Of a stretch of DNA of 64,000 nt, positions 37,233-47,407 are shown one piece after another (the stretch's first letter is position 1; each line of letters begins with the position of its first letter). The DNA is from Escherichia phage REP1. The stretch lies in sequence record OQ174500.1; one strand, written 5' to 3'. The position numbers were made by a program, and so were the translations under genes. The notes under the pieces were generated by a model. That model saw nothing but the letters and a program-made list of their open reading frames with translations. It searched no databases and was not told the origin of the DNA.

Positions 37233-37493
37233 ATGATTAACATCAATTCAAAATATTTAAATCGTCTAATAGATGGTATAAGGAAGCATACTAATAAGCA
37301 AGATAATCTCGATGTTATGGTAACAGGAGCTGAGCTCCTTCATAAGCTTTATCTTATAAGTGATACTATATTAGCAATTAAACGAATTGAAAAACAATCA
37401 TATCACAGTAATACAGATACGGTAATTACACTAGATGAAAGTGTCTGTAAATTACTAATTAAATTTGAGGAAGCTATTCGTGGAAATAACTAA
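37233..37493 (+). CDS. hypothetical protein, first of three tandem small ORFs
   Basis: 86-aa ORF. Confidence 0.5.
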   Translation: MININSKYLNRLIDGIRKHTNKQDNLDVMVTGAELLHKLYLISDTILAIKRIEKQSYHSNTDTVITLDESVCKLLIKFEEAIRGNN

Positions 37494-37725
37494 AGATCAG
37501 TTTTATCTTCTTCAGGATAAAGTTAGCGAAATTTATGAAATTGCTCATGGTAAAAATCGTGAAACTGTAAAAATTGAATCTAGTAAGTTGATGCTTCAAT
37601 TAGAAGAAATTGAACGAGATTTAATTGCGTTAGAATTCTTTTGCGGTGAAGTGAAAACTGTTACAATTAATGATTATGTTTTAGGCGAAATTAGCTATCT
37701 TTATGAGGCGATTATTAATGATTGA
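37465..37725 (+). CDS. hypothetical protein (paralog family; probable start at GTG 37480)
   Basis: Track start is TTG; GAGGAAG RBS precedes GTG at 37480. Confidence 0.45.
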   Translation: MRKLFVEITKDQFYLLQDKVSEIYEIAHGKNRETVKIESSKLMLQLEEIERDLIALEFFCGEVKTVTINDYVLGEISYLYEAIIND

Positions 37726-37960
37726 ATTAAGTTGGTACCAATTTAAATCTCTTATGACAAATGTTAAAGCTGTCATTGAAGAAAATTCAGGACCTGATAA
37801 TGTTACTATTCGCGAAAAAGCTTTAAAGATAGTATACAGTCTTGAAGAGATACAAAAAGATATTGAATCTATGGCAAAATTTATTGATGAGCCTATTAAT
37901 AAAGTTTATATTCAAGACTATACTGTAGGTCAAATTCGCGATTTAGCAAGGAAAATTTAA
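37718..37960 (+). CDS. hypothetical protein (paralog of preceding ORF)
   Basis: 80 aa; shared LEEIxxDI and DYxxGxI pattern. Confidence 0.45.
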   Translation: MIELSWYQFKSLMTNVKAVIEENSGPDNVTIREKALKIVYSLEEIQKDIESMAKFIDEPINKVYIQDYTVGQIRDLARKI

Positions 37961-38643
37961 TGTTTGATTTTATTATAGATTTTGAAACAATGGGAAGTGG
38001 TGAAAAAGCAGCTGTTATTGATTTGGCTGTAATTGCTTTTGACCCTAATCCAGAAGTCGTTGAAACATTTGATGAATTAGTTTCACGTGGCATTAAAATC
38101 AAATTTGATTTAAAAAGCCAAAAAGGACATCGTCTTTTTACTAAAAGCACTATCGAATGGTGGAAGAATCAATCCCCTGAAGCTCGAAAAAATATTGCGC
38201 CATCAGATGAAGATGTAAGCACTATCGATGGTATTGCAAAATTTAATGATTACATCAATGCGCATAATATCGATCCTTGGAAATCTCAAGGCTGGTGCCG
38301 TGGAATGTCGTTTGATTTTCCAATTTTAGTCGATCTCATTCGCGATATTCAACGTCTTAACGGCGTTTCCGAGAATGAGCTTGATACATTTAAGTTAGAA
38401 CCGTGTAAATTCTGGAATCAGCGTGATATTCGTACCAGAATTGAAGCACTTCTCCTTGTTCGTGATATGACTACGTGTCCTCTTCCAAAAGGAACTTTAG
38501 ATGGATTCGTTGCGCATGATTCCATTCATGACTGTGCGAAAGACATCCTGATGATGAAGTATGCTTTGCGCTATGCTATGGGTCTTGAAGATGCTCCGTC
38601 AGAGGAAGAGTGCGATCCTCTATCTCTTCCAACAAAACGATAA
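37960..38643 (+). CDS. dexA: exonuclease A (DEDDh 3'-5' exonuclease)
   Basis: 227 aa; N-terminal DFETMG exo I motif; matches T4 DexA. Confidence 0.9.
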   Translation: MFDFIIDFETMGSGEKAAVIDLAVIAFDPNPEVVETFDELVSRGIKIKFDLKSQKGHRLFTKSTIEWWKNQSPEARKNIAPSDEDVSTIDGIAKFNDYINAHNIDPWKSQGWCRGMSFDFPILVDLIRDIQRLNGVSENELDTFKLEPCKFWNQRDIRTRIEALLLVRDMTTCPLPKGTLDGFVAHDSIHDCAKDILMMKYALRYAMGLEDAPSEEECDPLSLPTKR

Positions 38644-38644
38644 A

Positions 38645-38682
38645 AAGTTGTTTACTTCCTCGGTTAGTTGTGGTATTATAAC
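38645..38682 (+). promoter_or_regulatory. early promoter (GTTTAC ... TATTAT)
   Basis: aaaagttGTTTACttcctcggttagttgtggTATTAT. Confidence 0.5.
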
Positions 38683-38706
38683 ACCATAGCTACTGAGGAT
38701 AATAAA

Positions 38707-39210
38707 ATGAAAATTTATCGTGTTGAATCATCATTTAGTATTCTTAATTATGAAGATGCTATAACAATACGTCGAGATCTTTGTGTTCAAATAACTCCGT
38801 ACAGGAGTATAATGGATTCATGGAGCGAAGAGTGGTTATTACACGTAGGTTATGACAGACCTAATTTTATGCATCATAGTAATGATAATAAAAGAATTCC
38901 TCTTCCGCACGAAGACAAACTATTAGTTAAAAATGCTAATATAGCAATTAATACTAATTTTGAGAAAGAAGAATATGTAGGCGTAGATCACTATATTCCA
39001 GGATGGTTTATAGCTCTTTATCATTTTGCTTTTGCTAGTGAATATGATATGATGAGATGGTTCACACGAGAAGAGCGTGAAGAATTAGCTTCTAAAGGAT
39101 TTTATCTCGCTGTATACGAAGTACCTGAAGATAAAGTTATCATTGGTGGGCATCAAGTAATGTTCCGCAAGTCACATGCCGAATTAAAAGGCTTTATTAC
39201 CTTAGATTAA
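38707..39210 (+). CDS. hypothetical early protein
   Basis: 167 aa from ATG after GAGGA RBS. Confidence 0.5.
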   Translation: MKIYRVESSFSILNYEDAITIRRDLCVQITPYRSIMDSWSEEWLLHVGYDRPNFMHHSNDNKRIPLPHEDKLLVKNANIAINTNFEKEEYVGVDHYIPGWFIALYHFAFASEYDMMRWFTREEREELASKGFYLAVYEVPEDKVIIGGHQVMFRKSHAELKGFITLD

Positions 39211-39220
39211 AGAGAAAATT

Positions 39221-39658
39221 ATGATTAAAAATAATGCTGTTTATCAATTGAAAAAATTTGATGAAATTAAGAATTTTTCGGTACTGTCTAATACAGCTCA
39301 TAATAAGTTTTGTGAACTTCTTGGTTTAACTGGCGGATATCCTTTTACTGTTATTAGTGTTAATAGCGGAATTCTTATCGGTATGATGTATATTGAAATT
39401 AGAAACTATTATGGAATGGTATCACCGCTTATTATTTATGAAAAAGATTTTAGTCTATTGACAGAAATTGAAAAACCTGAAGATCCAACTGATCTGCTGT
39501 GTAAGGCAGTTTATATTCGTCGTCCATTCGCGAATCCTGTGGGTGGATGGGTGACTGATCAGTGGATTGAAGATGGTGTTGAACTTCTGAACGTAGTTCA
39601 TGCTGGAGAGTACTCTGTAGTTCCTCGCAGCGCAGTGATTAATGTTCGTGTAAGCTAG
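39221..39658 (+). CDS. hypothetical protein sharing C-terminal domain with the next two ORFs
   Basis: 145 aa; C-terminal GGWVTDQWIEDGVELLNVVHAGEYSVVP. Confidence 0.55.
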   Translation: MIKNNAVYQLKKFDEIKNFSVLSNTAHNKFCELLGLTGGYPFTVISVNSGILIGMMYIEIRNYYGMVSPLIIYEKDFSLLTEIEKPEDPTDLLCKAVYIRRPFANPVGGWVTDQWIEDGVELLNVVHAGEYSVVPRSAVINVRVS

Positions 39659-39688
39659 TTTACAAACTCTTGGACCAGAGTATAATGG
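39658..39688 (+). promoter_or_regulatory. early promoter (GTTTAC, 17 nt, TATAAT)
   Basis: taGTTTACaaactcttggaccagagTATAAT. Confidence 0.5.
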
Positions 39689-39729
39689 TCCTGCGGAGTA
39701 TAAATCTTAACAACAAAGAGAGAAAAATT

Positions 39730-40203
39730 ATGATTACTATCGGTGAAATTAAGCGTGTATCGTCTGCATCTCGTTCTAAAGCTGCAGGTCGTCTAGTTGA
39801 AGTGGTAGGACTTCGTACTAATGGTACTGGTCGTGTTAAAGAAGTTAAAGTTCGAATCATTCCTAGTTCTGGAAAAACTGAAACTCAGTACGCTTACGTA
39901 AGTCCTAAATTTCTGGAAACTCGTGTTAGCTCTCATTTTGCTTCTGTTGAAGAAGTTGAATCCACTGAGTCTAATGCACAATTTAAATGGGCGTTGTGTA
40001 AAGGCGTTGAATTTGTAACTGATGAAGAATTCGATTATATTGATGATTTCGCTGGTCCAAGTAAAACTGATAGGATGTGTGGCTTCATCACAGACCAATG
40101 GGTTGAAGATGGTGAAAAGCTCTACAATATCGTATTCTTAGGTGACTTCCGGGTTGTTGAAGAATCTGAAATCACTCGTTATGCTTCTCCTCATAAAGCT
40201 TAA
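39730..40203 (+). CDS. hypothetical protein, tandem paralog
   Basis: 157 aa; ASRSKAAGRLVEV N-term and GFITDQWVEDGEKLYNIVFLGDFRVV C-term. Confidence 0.55.
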   Translation: MITIGEIKRVSSASRSKAAGRLVEVVGLRTNGTGRVKEVKVRIIPSSGKTETQYAYVSPKFLETRVSSHFASVEEVESTESNAQFKWALCKGVEFVTDEEFDYIDDFAGPSKTDRMCGFITDQWVEDGEKLYNIVFLGDFRVVEESEITRYASPHKA

Positions 40204-40212
40204 GGAATTATT

Positions 40213-40632
40213 ATGAATATTGTAAATCTCTCTACTGGTGATTACGTATATGTATCCGTTGCTTCTCGTTCTAAAGTTGCAGGAAAGCTGGTTGAAGTTC
40301 TTTCTGTAAGTGATCCAGTTTTTGGTCGTAACGAGGTTAAAGTTCGTGACGCTGATGGTAACATTGGTTATGTCTCAAGTCAGTTCATTGAGCCAGAAGA
40401 AAGCGCATTTAAATGGAAACTTTGTTCTTCAGTTTTAGTTGTAAAAGACCATAAATTCACAATTGCGGCGGCAACAGATGGAACTCCATGGACAACGAAT
40501 CAAGTCGCTGGTTTTATTTCGGACCGTTGGGTAGAAGATGGTGTCAAGCTCTACAATATTGTTTTTGCAGGCCAGTTCATGGTAGTTCCTGAATTCCAAA
40601 TTAAAAAATGGTGCGAAGCAGCTTTAGCATAA
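40213..40632 (+). CDS. hypothetical protein, tandem paralog
   Basis: 139 aa; ASRSKVAGKLVEV and GFISDRWVEDGVKLYNIVFAGQFMVV. Confidence 0.55.
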   Translation: MNIVNLSTGDYVYVSVASRSKVAGKLVEVLSVSDPVFGRNEVKVRDADGNIGYVSSQFIEPEESAFKWKLCSSVLVVKDHKFTIAAATDGTPWTTNQVAGFISDRWVEDGVKLYNIVFAGQFMVVPEFQIKKWCEAALA

Positions 40633-40738
40633 ATTTGCATAAAGTTTAAAATTTTTCATAAAACTATATACATCAGTAGTTGATTATGGTACTATATCAA
40701 TATCAACTACTGATACAGAAAACAACTTGGAGAATAAA

Positions 40739-41008
40739 ATGGAAAATTTAATTATCATCGAGCAATCTTTCAATGATTATGGTATGGCTTATGGTTATCG
40801 TGCGATAATGGAAGATTCTCGTGGATGTGTTATCGATATTGCTGAATGTAAAGATTTACTGCAGCTTTTGAAGATTGTTCGCAAAAATTGGGATTGTGAA
40901 AATATTAAAGTTCGAGTTGTTACAGAAGAAGAAACTGTTTTTCATGATGTAAAATTTGCCAAAGGTGCTGCTACTCTTCTGAAACGCATCGCTCCACTGT
41001 TCAATTAA
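40739..41008 (+). CDS. hypothetical protein
   Basis: 89 aa from ATG after GGAGAA RBS. Confidence 0.5.
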   Translation: MENLIIIEQSFNDYGMAYGYRAIMEDSRGCVIDIAECKDLLQLLKIVRKNWDCENIKVRVVTEEETVFHDVKFAKGAATLLKRIAPLFN

Positions 41009-41021
41009 TGAGGAAATTGTA

Positions 41022-41237
41022 ATGAAACGTAAAATTGTTCAGAATTGCACTAATGACGAATTTGAAGATGTATTATTTGATCCAGATTTGGTAGTGGTTC
41101 AAAAGGAACATACCGTTAAGTTTACTCACTTGACTTCGGTTTATGTGTATGAGAAAGTCGGTGATAAACAGCCAATTTACGGTGTATTTCGTGAAATTAC
41201 TGAAAACGGCACAACTTACTGGAAGGAAATTTATTAA
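41022..41237 (+). CDS. hypothetical protein
   Basis: 71-aa ORF. Confidence 0.5.
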   Translation: MKRKIVQNCTNDEFEDVLFDPDLVVVQKEHTVKFTHLTSVYVYEKVGDKQPIYGVFREITENGTTYWKEIY

Positions 41238-41650
41238 TGGCTATTAAATTTGAAGTTAATAAATGGTATCAATTTAAAAATAAACAAGCTCAAGAAAATT
41301 TTATTAAAGACCATACTGAAAACGGACTCTACGCACGACGTTTAGGTATGTATCCTTTTAAAATTTTAGATGTGGACGCTCTTGGGCGTCCAATTAAAAT
41401 TTTGTCATCTACTGGAAATTTAGTACTATCTTCTGGTAAAGATGTTTTGGATGAAGACTTTATTTGGCTTTCAAAAAGTGAAGCTGGGTTCTTTGATGAA
41501 GTGGAAAATCCATATCAGGCAGCTGAAGAGCAGGAAGACCCTGCACCAGTAATTGACCCATCTGAGTTTCCTTTAATGAAAATTACTATTGAAAATAATT
41601 ACCAAGCATGGTCTTTATATCAGATGCTGAAAGCTCACTTTAAGGAATAA
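41237..41650 (+). CDS. hypothetical protein
   Basis: 137-aa ORF. Confidence 0.5.
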   Translation: MAIKFEVNKWYQFKNKQAQENFIKDHTENGLYARRLGMYPFKILDVDALGRPIKILSSTGNLVLSSGKDVLDEDFIWLSKSEAGFFDEVENPYQAAEEQEDPAPVIDPSEFPLMKITIENNYQAWSLYQMLKAHFKE

Positions 41651-41652
41651 TT

Positions 41653-41829
41653 ATGCCACTTTATGATTATAAATGTCAATTCAAAGACTGTGCAAAAGAA
41701 TACGAAAAAATCAAGAAAATTTCTGAAAGGGATACTGATGTATGTCCTGATTGTTATCGGCTGGCTGTTCGGTTAGTTTCCGCTCCTAAGCGTGTGAATG
41801 GCGGATTTTACGACTTGCTTAAAGGGTAA
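41653..41829 (+). CDS. small zinc-ribbon protein (FmdB-type CxxC...CxxC)
   Basis: 58 aa MPLYDYKCQFKDC...CPDC; tightly packed between flanking ORFs; not in track. Confidence 0.4.
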   Translation: MPLYDYKCQFKDCAKEYEKIKKISERDTDVCPDCYRLAVRLVSAPKRVNGGFYDLLKG

Positions 41830-41831
41830 TT

Positions 41832-42092
41832 ATGAAATATGTTAATCGTTCTATCGCAGCATTAGTATTAGCAGTATCTTTAGTAGGATGTACTGATGCT
41901 GATAATGCAACTAAAATTTTATCATCAAGTGGTTTTACTAATATTGAAATCACTGGATATAACTGGTTCGGTTGCTCTGAAAATGATTTCCAACATACTG
42001 GATTTCGTGCTATTGGACCTACCGGGCAGAAAGTAGAAGGAACAGTATGTTCTGGGCTGTTCTTTAAGGATTCAACTATTCGTTTTAAATAA
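41832..42092 (+). CDS. putative lipoprotein
   Basis: 86 aa; signal peptide with lipobox LVGC. Confidence 0.5.
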   Translation: MKYVNRSIAALVLAVSLVGCTDADNATKILSSSGFTNIEITGYNWFGCSENDFQHTGFRAIGPTGQKVEGTVCSGLFFKDSTIRFK

Positions 42093-42116
42093 AAGGCCTT
42101 CGGGCCTTTAGCTTTA
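42093..42116 (+). terminator. rho-independent terminator AAGGCCTTCGGGCCTT
   Basis: GC hairpin with UUCG loop + T-rich. Confidence 0.65.
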
Positions 42117-42137
42117 TGATTACTGGAGTATAATATT
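42103..42137 (+). promoter_or_regulatory. middle-promoter-like element upstream of gene 39
   Basis: GCTTTA box, 12 nt, TATAAT. Confidence 0.4.
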
Positions 42138-42158
42138 CCCGAAACCAAACGAGGATAA

Positions 42159-43979
42159 GTGATGATTAAGAATGAAATTAAAATTCTGAGCGATATTGAA
42201 CATATCAAAAAGCGTAGCGGCATGTACATTGGCTCTTCAGCTAATGAAATGCATGAGCGCTTTCTGTTTGGTAAATGGGAAAGTGTTCAGTATGTACCTG
42301 GTCTTGTTAAGCTTATTGATGAAATTATCGATAACTCAGTAGATGAAGGTATTCGTACTAAGTTTAAATTCGCGAATAAAATTAATGTTACCATTAAAAA
42401 TAATCAGGTAACAGTTGAAGATAATGGTCGCGGTATTCCACAAGCGATGGTTAAAACACCTACCGGTGAAGAAATTCCTGGTCCAGTTGCTGCTTGGACT
42501 ATTCCAAAAGCAGGTGGTAACTTCGGTGATGATAAAGAACGCGTCACTGGTGGTATGAATGGTGTTGGTTCTAGTTTGACAAACATTTTTTCTGTGATGT
42601 TTGTCGGTGAAACTGGCGATGGTCAAAATAATATTGTAGTTCGTTGTTCAAATGGCATGGAAAATAAATCATGGGAAGATATTCCTGGAAAATGGAAAGG
42701 AACCCGTGTTACTTTCATTCCTGATTTTATGTCATTTGAAACTAATGAGCTGTCCCAAGTTTATCTTGACATTACACTAGATCGTCTCCAAACACTTGCT
42801 GTTGTTTATCCTGATATTCAATTTACCTTTAATGGTAAAAAGGTTCAGGGTAATTTTAAGAAATACGCACGCCAATATGATGAACATGCTATCGTTCAAG
42901 AACAAGAAAATTGTTCTATTGCGGTTGGTCGTTCACCGGATGGATTTCGTCAGTTAACTTATGTGAATAACATTCACACTAAGAATGGTGGCCATCATAT
43001 TGACTGTGTTATGGATGATATTTGTGAAGACCTTATTCCACAAATCAAACGTAAGTTCAAAATTGATGTAACTAAAGCACGCGTTAAAGAATGTTTGACT
43101 ATCGTTATGTTTGTTCGTGATATGAAAAACATGCGATTTGATTCTCAAACTAAAGAGCGTTTGACTTCTCCATTTGGCGAAATTCGTAGTCATATTCAAC
43201 TTGATGCTAAAAAGATTTCACGTGCTATTCTAAATAATGAAGCAATTCTAATGCCAATTATTGAAGCAGCATTAGCTCGTAAATTGGCAGCAGAAAAAGC
43301 AGCAGAAACTAAAGCAGCTAAAAAGGCTTCTAAAGCTAAGGTTCATAAACATATTAAAGCGAATCTTTGCGGTAAAGATGCTGACACTACTCTTTTCTTG
43401 ACTGAAGGTGATTCTGCTATCGGATATCTTATTGATGTTCGTGATAAAGAACTTCATGGTGGTTATCCATTACGTGGTAAAGTTCTTAATAGTTGGGGTA
43501 TGTCATATGCTGATATGCTTAAAAACAAAGAACTATTTGATATTTGCGCAATCACTGGATTAGTTCTTGGTGAAAAGGCTGAAAACTTGAATTATCATAA
43601 TATTGCTATTATGACCGATGCTGACCATGATGGTCTAGGAAGCATTTATCCTTCTCTGCTCGGATTTTTTAGTAATTGGCCAGAATTGTTTGAGCAAGGA
43701 CGAATTCGCTTTGTCAAAACTCCTGTAATCATCGCTCAGGTCGGTAAAAAACAAGAATGGTTTTATACAGTCGCTGAATATGAGAGTGCCAAAGATGCTC
43801 TACCTAAACATAGCATCCGTTATATTAAAGGACTTGGCTCTTTGGAAAAATCTGAATATCGTGAGATGATTCAAAACCCAGTATATGATGTTGTTAAACT
43901 TCCTGAGAACTGGAAAGAGCTTTTTGAAATGCTCATGGGGGATAATGCTGACCTTCGTAAAGAATGGATGAGCCAGTAG
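42159..43979 (+). CDS. 39: DNA topoisomerase II large subunit gp39 (GyrB-like), unsplit
   Basis: 606 aa; GHKL ATPase motif EIIDNSVDE; Toprim motifs LTEGDSA and TDADHDG; single continuous ORF. Confidence 0.93.
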   Translation: MMIKNEIKILSDIEHIKKRSGMYIGSSANEMHERFLFGKWESVQYVPGLVKLIDEIIDNSVDEGIRTKFKFANKINVTIKNNQVTVEDNGRGIPQAMVKTPTGEEIPGPVAAWTIPKAGGNFGDDKERVTGGMNGVGSSLTNIFSVMFVGETGDGQNNIVVRCSNGMENKSWEDIPGKWKGTRVTFIPDFMSFETNELSQVYLDITLDRLQTLAVVYPDIQFTFNGKKVQGNFKKYARQYDEHAIVQEQENCSIAVGRSPDGFRQLTYVNNIHTKNGGHHIDCVMDDICEDLIPQIKRKFKIDVTKARVKECLTIVMFVRDMKNMRFDSQTKERLTSPFGEIRSHIQLDAKKISRAILNNEAILMPIIEAALARKLAAEKAAETKAAKKASKAKVHKHIKANLCGKDADTTLFLTEGDSAIGYLIDVRDKELHGGYPLRGKVLNSWGMSYADMLKNKELFDICAITGLVLGEKAENLNYHNIAIMTDADHDGLGSIYPSLLGFFSNWPELFEQGRIRFVKTPVIIAQVGKKQEWFYTVAEYESAKDALPKHSIRYIKGLGSLEKSEYREMIQNPVYDVVKLPENWKELFEMLMGDNADLRKEWMSQ

Positions 43980-44011
43980 TTTACTTTACCACAAGGATGT
44001 GGTATAATTAA
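43979..44011 (+). promoter_or_regulatory. early promoter (GTTTAC ... TATAAT)
   Basis: taGTTTACtttaccacaaggatgtggTATAAT. Confidence 0.5.
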
Positions 44012-44033
44012 TTGGGCAAATGAGGATATTGAA

Positions 44034-44237
44034 ATGAAATCATATAAAGTAAATTTAGAACTTTTTGATAAAGCAGTTCATCGAGAATATAGAATCATTC
44101 AACGCTTTTTCGATATGGGAGAAGCCGAAGAATTTAAAAACCGCTTTAAAGATATTAGAGATAAAATTCAATCCGACACCGCAACTAAAGATGAACTACT
44201 AGAAGTTGCTGAAGTTATTAAGCGTAATATGAATTAA
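44034..44237 (+). CDS. hypothetical protein (rIIA.1-like)
   Basis: 67-aa ORF. Confidence 0.5.
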   Translation: MKSYKVNLELFDKAVHREYRIIQRFFDMGEAEEFKNRFKDIRDKIQSDTATKDELLEVAEVIKRNMN

Positions 44238-44247
44238 TGAGGAAATT

Positions 44248-46425
44248 ATGATTATCACCACTGAAAAAGAAACAATTCTTGGTAATGGTTCTAAATCAAA
44301 AGCATTTAGCATCACAGCATCTCCTAAAGTATTTAAAATTCTGTCATCTGATTTGTATACAAACAAAATTCGCGCAGTTGTTCGTGAATTGATTACCAAC
44401 ATGATTGATGCCCATGCTCTCAATGGAAATCCTGAAAAATTTATCATACAAGTTCCTGGACGTTTAGATCCACGATTTGTTTGCCGAGATTTTGGTCCGG
44501 GTATGAGCGATTTTGATATTCAGGGTGATGATAATTCTCCTGGTCTGTATAATTCATACTTCAGTTCATCTAAGGCTGAATCTAACGATTTCATTGGCGG
44601 ATTTGGTTTAGGTTCTAAATCTCCGTTTAGTTATACTGATACGTTTAGTATTACTTCGTATCATAAAGGTGAAATTCGTGGTTATGTAGCTTACATGGAT
44701 GGTGATGGCCCACAGATTAAACCTACATTCGTAAAAGAAATGGGTCCAGATGATAAAACTGGTATTGAAATCGTAGTTCCAGTTGAAGAAAAAGACTTTA
44801 GAAACTTTGCTTATGAAGTTTCTTATATCATGCGACCGTTCAAAGATTTGGCTATCATTAATGGTCTTGACCGCGAAATTGATTATTTTCCTGATTTTGA
44901 TGATTATTATGGTGTAAATCCAGAAAGATACTGGCCTGATCGTGGTGGATTATATGCTATCTATGGCGGTATTGTTTATCCTATCGATGGTGTTATTAGA
45001 GACCGTAACTGGCTAAGCATTCGCAATGAAGTGAATTACATTAAGTTTCCAATGGGTTCACTTGATATTGCTCCATCTCGCGAGGCTCTTTCACTAGATG
45101 ATCGCACTCGTAAAAATATCATTGAACGAGTTAAAGAACTCAGTGAGAAAGCATTTAATGAAGATGTAAAACGATTTAAAGAATCTACATCTCCTCGTCA
45201 CACATATCGCGAATTAATGAAGATGGGGTATTCTGCTCGAGATTATATGATTAGTAATTCAGTCAAATTCACGACTAAAAATCTGTCATATAAAAAGATG
45301 CAGAGCATGTTTGAACCTGACAGTAAGTTATGCAATGCAGGAGTTGTGTATGAAGTAAATCTTGACCCTCGACTGAAACGCATTAAGCAAAGTCATGAAA
45401 CTTCAGCCGTTGCATCAAGTTATCGTCTGTTTGGTATTAATACAACAAAAATTAATATCGTTATTGATAATATTAAAAATCGTGTTAATATTGTTCGTGG
45501 ATTAGCACGTGCGTTAGATGATAGTGAATTTAATAACACTTTGAATATTCATCATAACGAACGCCTTTTGTTTATTAACCCAGAAATAGAATCGCAGATT
45601 GATTTACTTCCTGATATTATGGCGATGTTTGAAAGTGATGAAGTTAACATTCATTATTTGTCAGAAATTGAAGCTTTAGTAAAAAGTTATATTCCAAAGG
45701 TAGTTAAAAGTAAAGCTCCTCGTCCTAAAGCTGCTACAGCATTTAAGTTTGAAATTAAAGATGGGCGTTGGGAAAAAGAGGAATTATTTACACTTACGTC
45801 AGAAGCAGATGAAATTACTGGTTATGTAGCGTATATGCATCGTTCTGATATTTTCTCTATGGATGGTACTACATCACTTTGTCATCCATCTATGAATATT
45901 TTGATTCGTATGGCTAATCTTATTGGCATTAATGAATTTTATGTTATTCGTCCGCTTTTACAGAAAAAGGTAAAAGAACTCGGTCAGTGCCAATGTATTT
46001 TTGAAGCTTTGCGTGATTTATATGTAGATGCTTTTGATGATGTAGATTATGATAAGTATGTAGGTTATTCAAGTTCAGCTCAACGATATATTGATAAAAT
46101 TATCAAGTATCCTGAACTAGATTTTATGATGAAGTACTTCAGTACAGATGAAGTTTCTGAAGAATATACACGACTTGGTAATATGGTTAGTTCATTACGC
46201 GGTGTGTATTTCAATGGTGGAAAAGATACCATCGGTCATGATATCTGGACAGTAACTAATCTCTTTGATGAATTATCACGTAATGCTTCAAAAAATAGTG
46301 ATAAAATGGTTGCTGAGTTTACCAAGAAATTCCGTATTGTTTCCGACTTCATCGGTTATCGCAACTCTTTAAGTGATGATGAAGTTTCCCAAATCGCTAA
46401 AACTATGAAGGCCCTTGCGGCCTAA
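44248..46425 (+). CDS. rIIA: rIIA protein (membrane-associated, GHKL-like N-terminus)
   Basis: 725 aa, same length as T4 rIIA; position between 39 and rIIB. Confidence 0.9.
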   Translation: MIITTEKETILGNGSKSKAFSITASPKVFKILSSDLYTNKIRAVVRELITNMIDAHALNGNPEKFIIQVPGRLDPRFVCRDFGPGMSDFDIQGDDNSPGLYNSYFSSSKAESNDFIGGFGLGSKSPFSYTDTFSITSYHKGEIRGYVAYMDGDGPQIKPTFVKEMGPDDKTGIEIVVPVEEKDFRNFAYEVSYIMRPFKDLAIINGLDREIDYFPDFDDYYGVNPERYWPDRGGLYAIYGGIVYPIDGVIRDRNWLSIRNEVNYIKFPMGSLDIAPSREALSLDDRTRKNIIERVKELSEKAFNEDVKRFKESTSPRHTYRELMKMGYSARDYMISNSVKFTTKNLSYKKMQSMFEPDSKLCNAGVVYEVNLDPRLKRIKQSHETSAVASSYRLFGINTTKINIVIDNIKNRVNIVRGLARALDDSEFNNTLNIHHNERLLFINPEIESQIDLLPDIMAMFESDEVNIHYLSEIEALVKSYIPKVVKSKAPRPKAATAFKFEIKDGRWEKEELFTLTSEADEITGYVAYMHRSDIFSMDGTTSLCHPSMNILIRMANLIGINEFYVIRPLLQKKVKELGQCQCIFEALRDLYVDAFDDVDYDKYVGYSSSAQRYIDKIIKYPELDFMMKYFSTDEVSEEYTRLGNMVSSLRGVYFNGGKDTIGHDIWTVTNLFDELSRNASKNSDKMVAEFTKKFRIVSDFIGYRNSLSDDEVSQIAKTMKALAA

Positions 46426-46436
46426 TAAGGAAAATT

Positions 46437-47375
46437 ATGTACAATATTAAATGCCTGACCAAAAACGAACAAGCTGAAATTGTTAAGCTGTATTCAAGTG
46501 GTAATTACACCCAACAGGAATTGGCTGATTGGCAAGGTGTATCGGTTGACACAATTCGTCGTGTTTTGAAAAATGCTGAAGAAGCTAAACGCTCTAAAGT
46601 TACTATTAGCGGTGATATTACAATTAAAGTTAATAGCGATGCAGTTATTGCTCCAGTTGCTAAATCTGACATTATTTGGAATGCATCTAAAAAATTCATT
46701 TCAATTACTGTTGACGGTGTAACTTATAACGCAACTCCTAATACTCATTCAAACTTCCAGGAAATTCTTAATCTGCTTGTAGCAGATAAGTTGGAAGAAG
46801 CGGCACAAAAAATTAATGTTCGTCGCGCTGTTGAAAAATATATTTCCGGCGATGTTCGAATTGAAGGCGGAAGCTTGTTCTATCAAAATATCGAATTACG
46901 GTCTGGTTTAGTTGATCGTATTCTCGATTCGATGGAAAAAGGTGAAAACTTTGAATTTTATTTTCCGTTCTTGGAAAATCTGCTGGAAAACCCAAGCCAG
47001 AAAGCGGTATCTCGACTCTTTGATTTCTTGGTAGCAAACGATATTGAAATTACAGAAGATGGTTACTTCTATGCTTGGAAAGTAGTTCGTGACAACTACT
47101 TTGACTGTCACTCAAACACCTTTGATAACAGTCCTGGTAAAGTAGTTAAAATGCCGCGTACTCGTGTGAATGACGATGATACACAAACTTGTTCTCGTGG
47201 TCTGCATGTATGTTCTAAATCTTATATTCGTCACTTTGGCAGTTCAACCAGCCGAGTTGTAAAAGTTAAAGTACATCCACGTGATGTAGTATCAATTCCG
47301 ATTGATTACAACGATGCTAAAATGCGTACCTGCCAATACGAAGTAGTTGAAGACGTTACTGAACAATTTAAATAA
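46437..47375 (+). CDS. rIIB: rIIB protein
   Basis: 312 aa, same length as T4 rIIB. Confidence 0.9.
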   Translation: MYNIKCLTKNEQAEIVKLYSSGNYTQQELADWQGVSVDTIRRVLKNAEEAKRSKVTISGDITIKVNSDAVIAPVAKSDIIWNASKKFISITVDGVTYNATPNTHSNFQEILNLLVADKLEEAAQKINVRRAVEKYISGDVRIEGGSLFYQNIELRSGLVDRILDSMEKGENFEFYFPFLENLLENPSQKAVSRLFDFLVANDIEITEDGYFYAWKVVRDNYFDCHSNTFDNSPGKVVKMPRTRVNDDDTQTCSRGLHVCSKSYIRHFGSSTSRVVKVKVHPRDVVSIPIDYNDAKMRTCQYEVVEDVTEQFK

Positions 47376-47393
47376 GGGCTTCGGCCCTTATCA
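47374..47393 (+). terminator. rho-independent terminator AAGGGCTTCGGCCCTT
   Basis: GC hairpin after rIIB. Confidence 0.65.
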
Positions 47394-47407
47394 TATTAAG
47401 GAAAATT

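Noticed and set aside
40645-40700. Possible early promoter upstream of ORF 40739..41008
   Set aside because: The -10 TACTAT is present but there is no convincing GTTTAC -35 box at the right spacing
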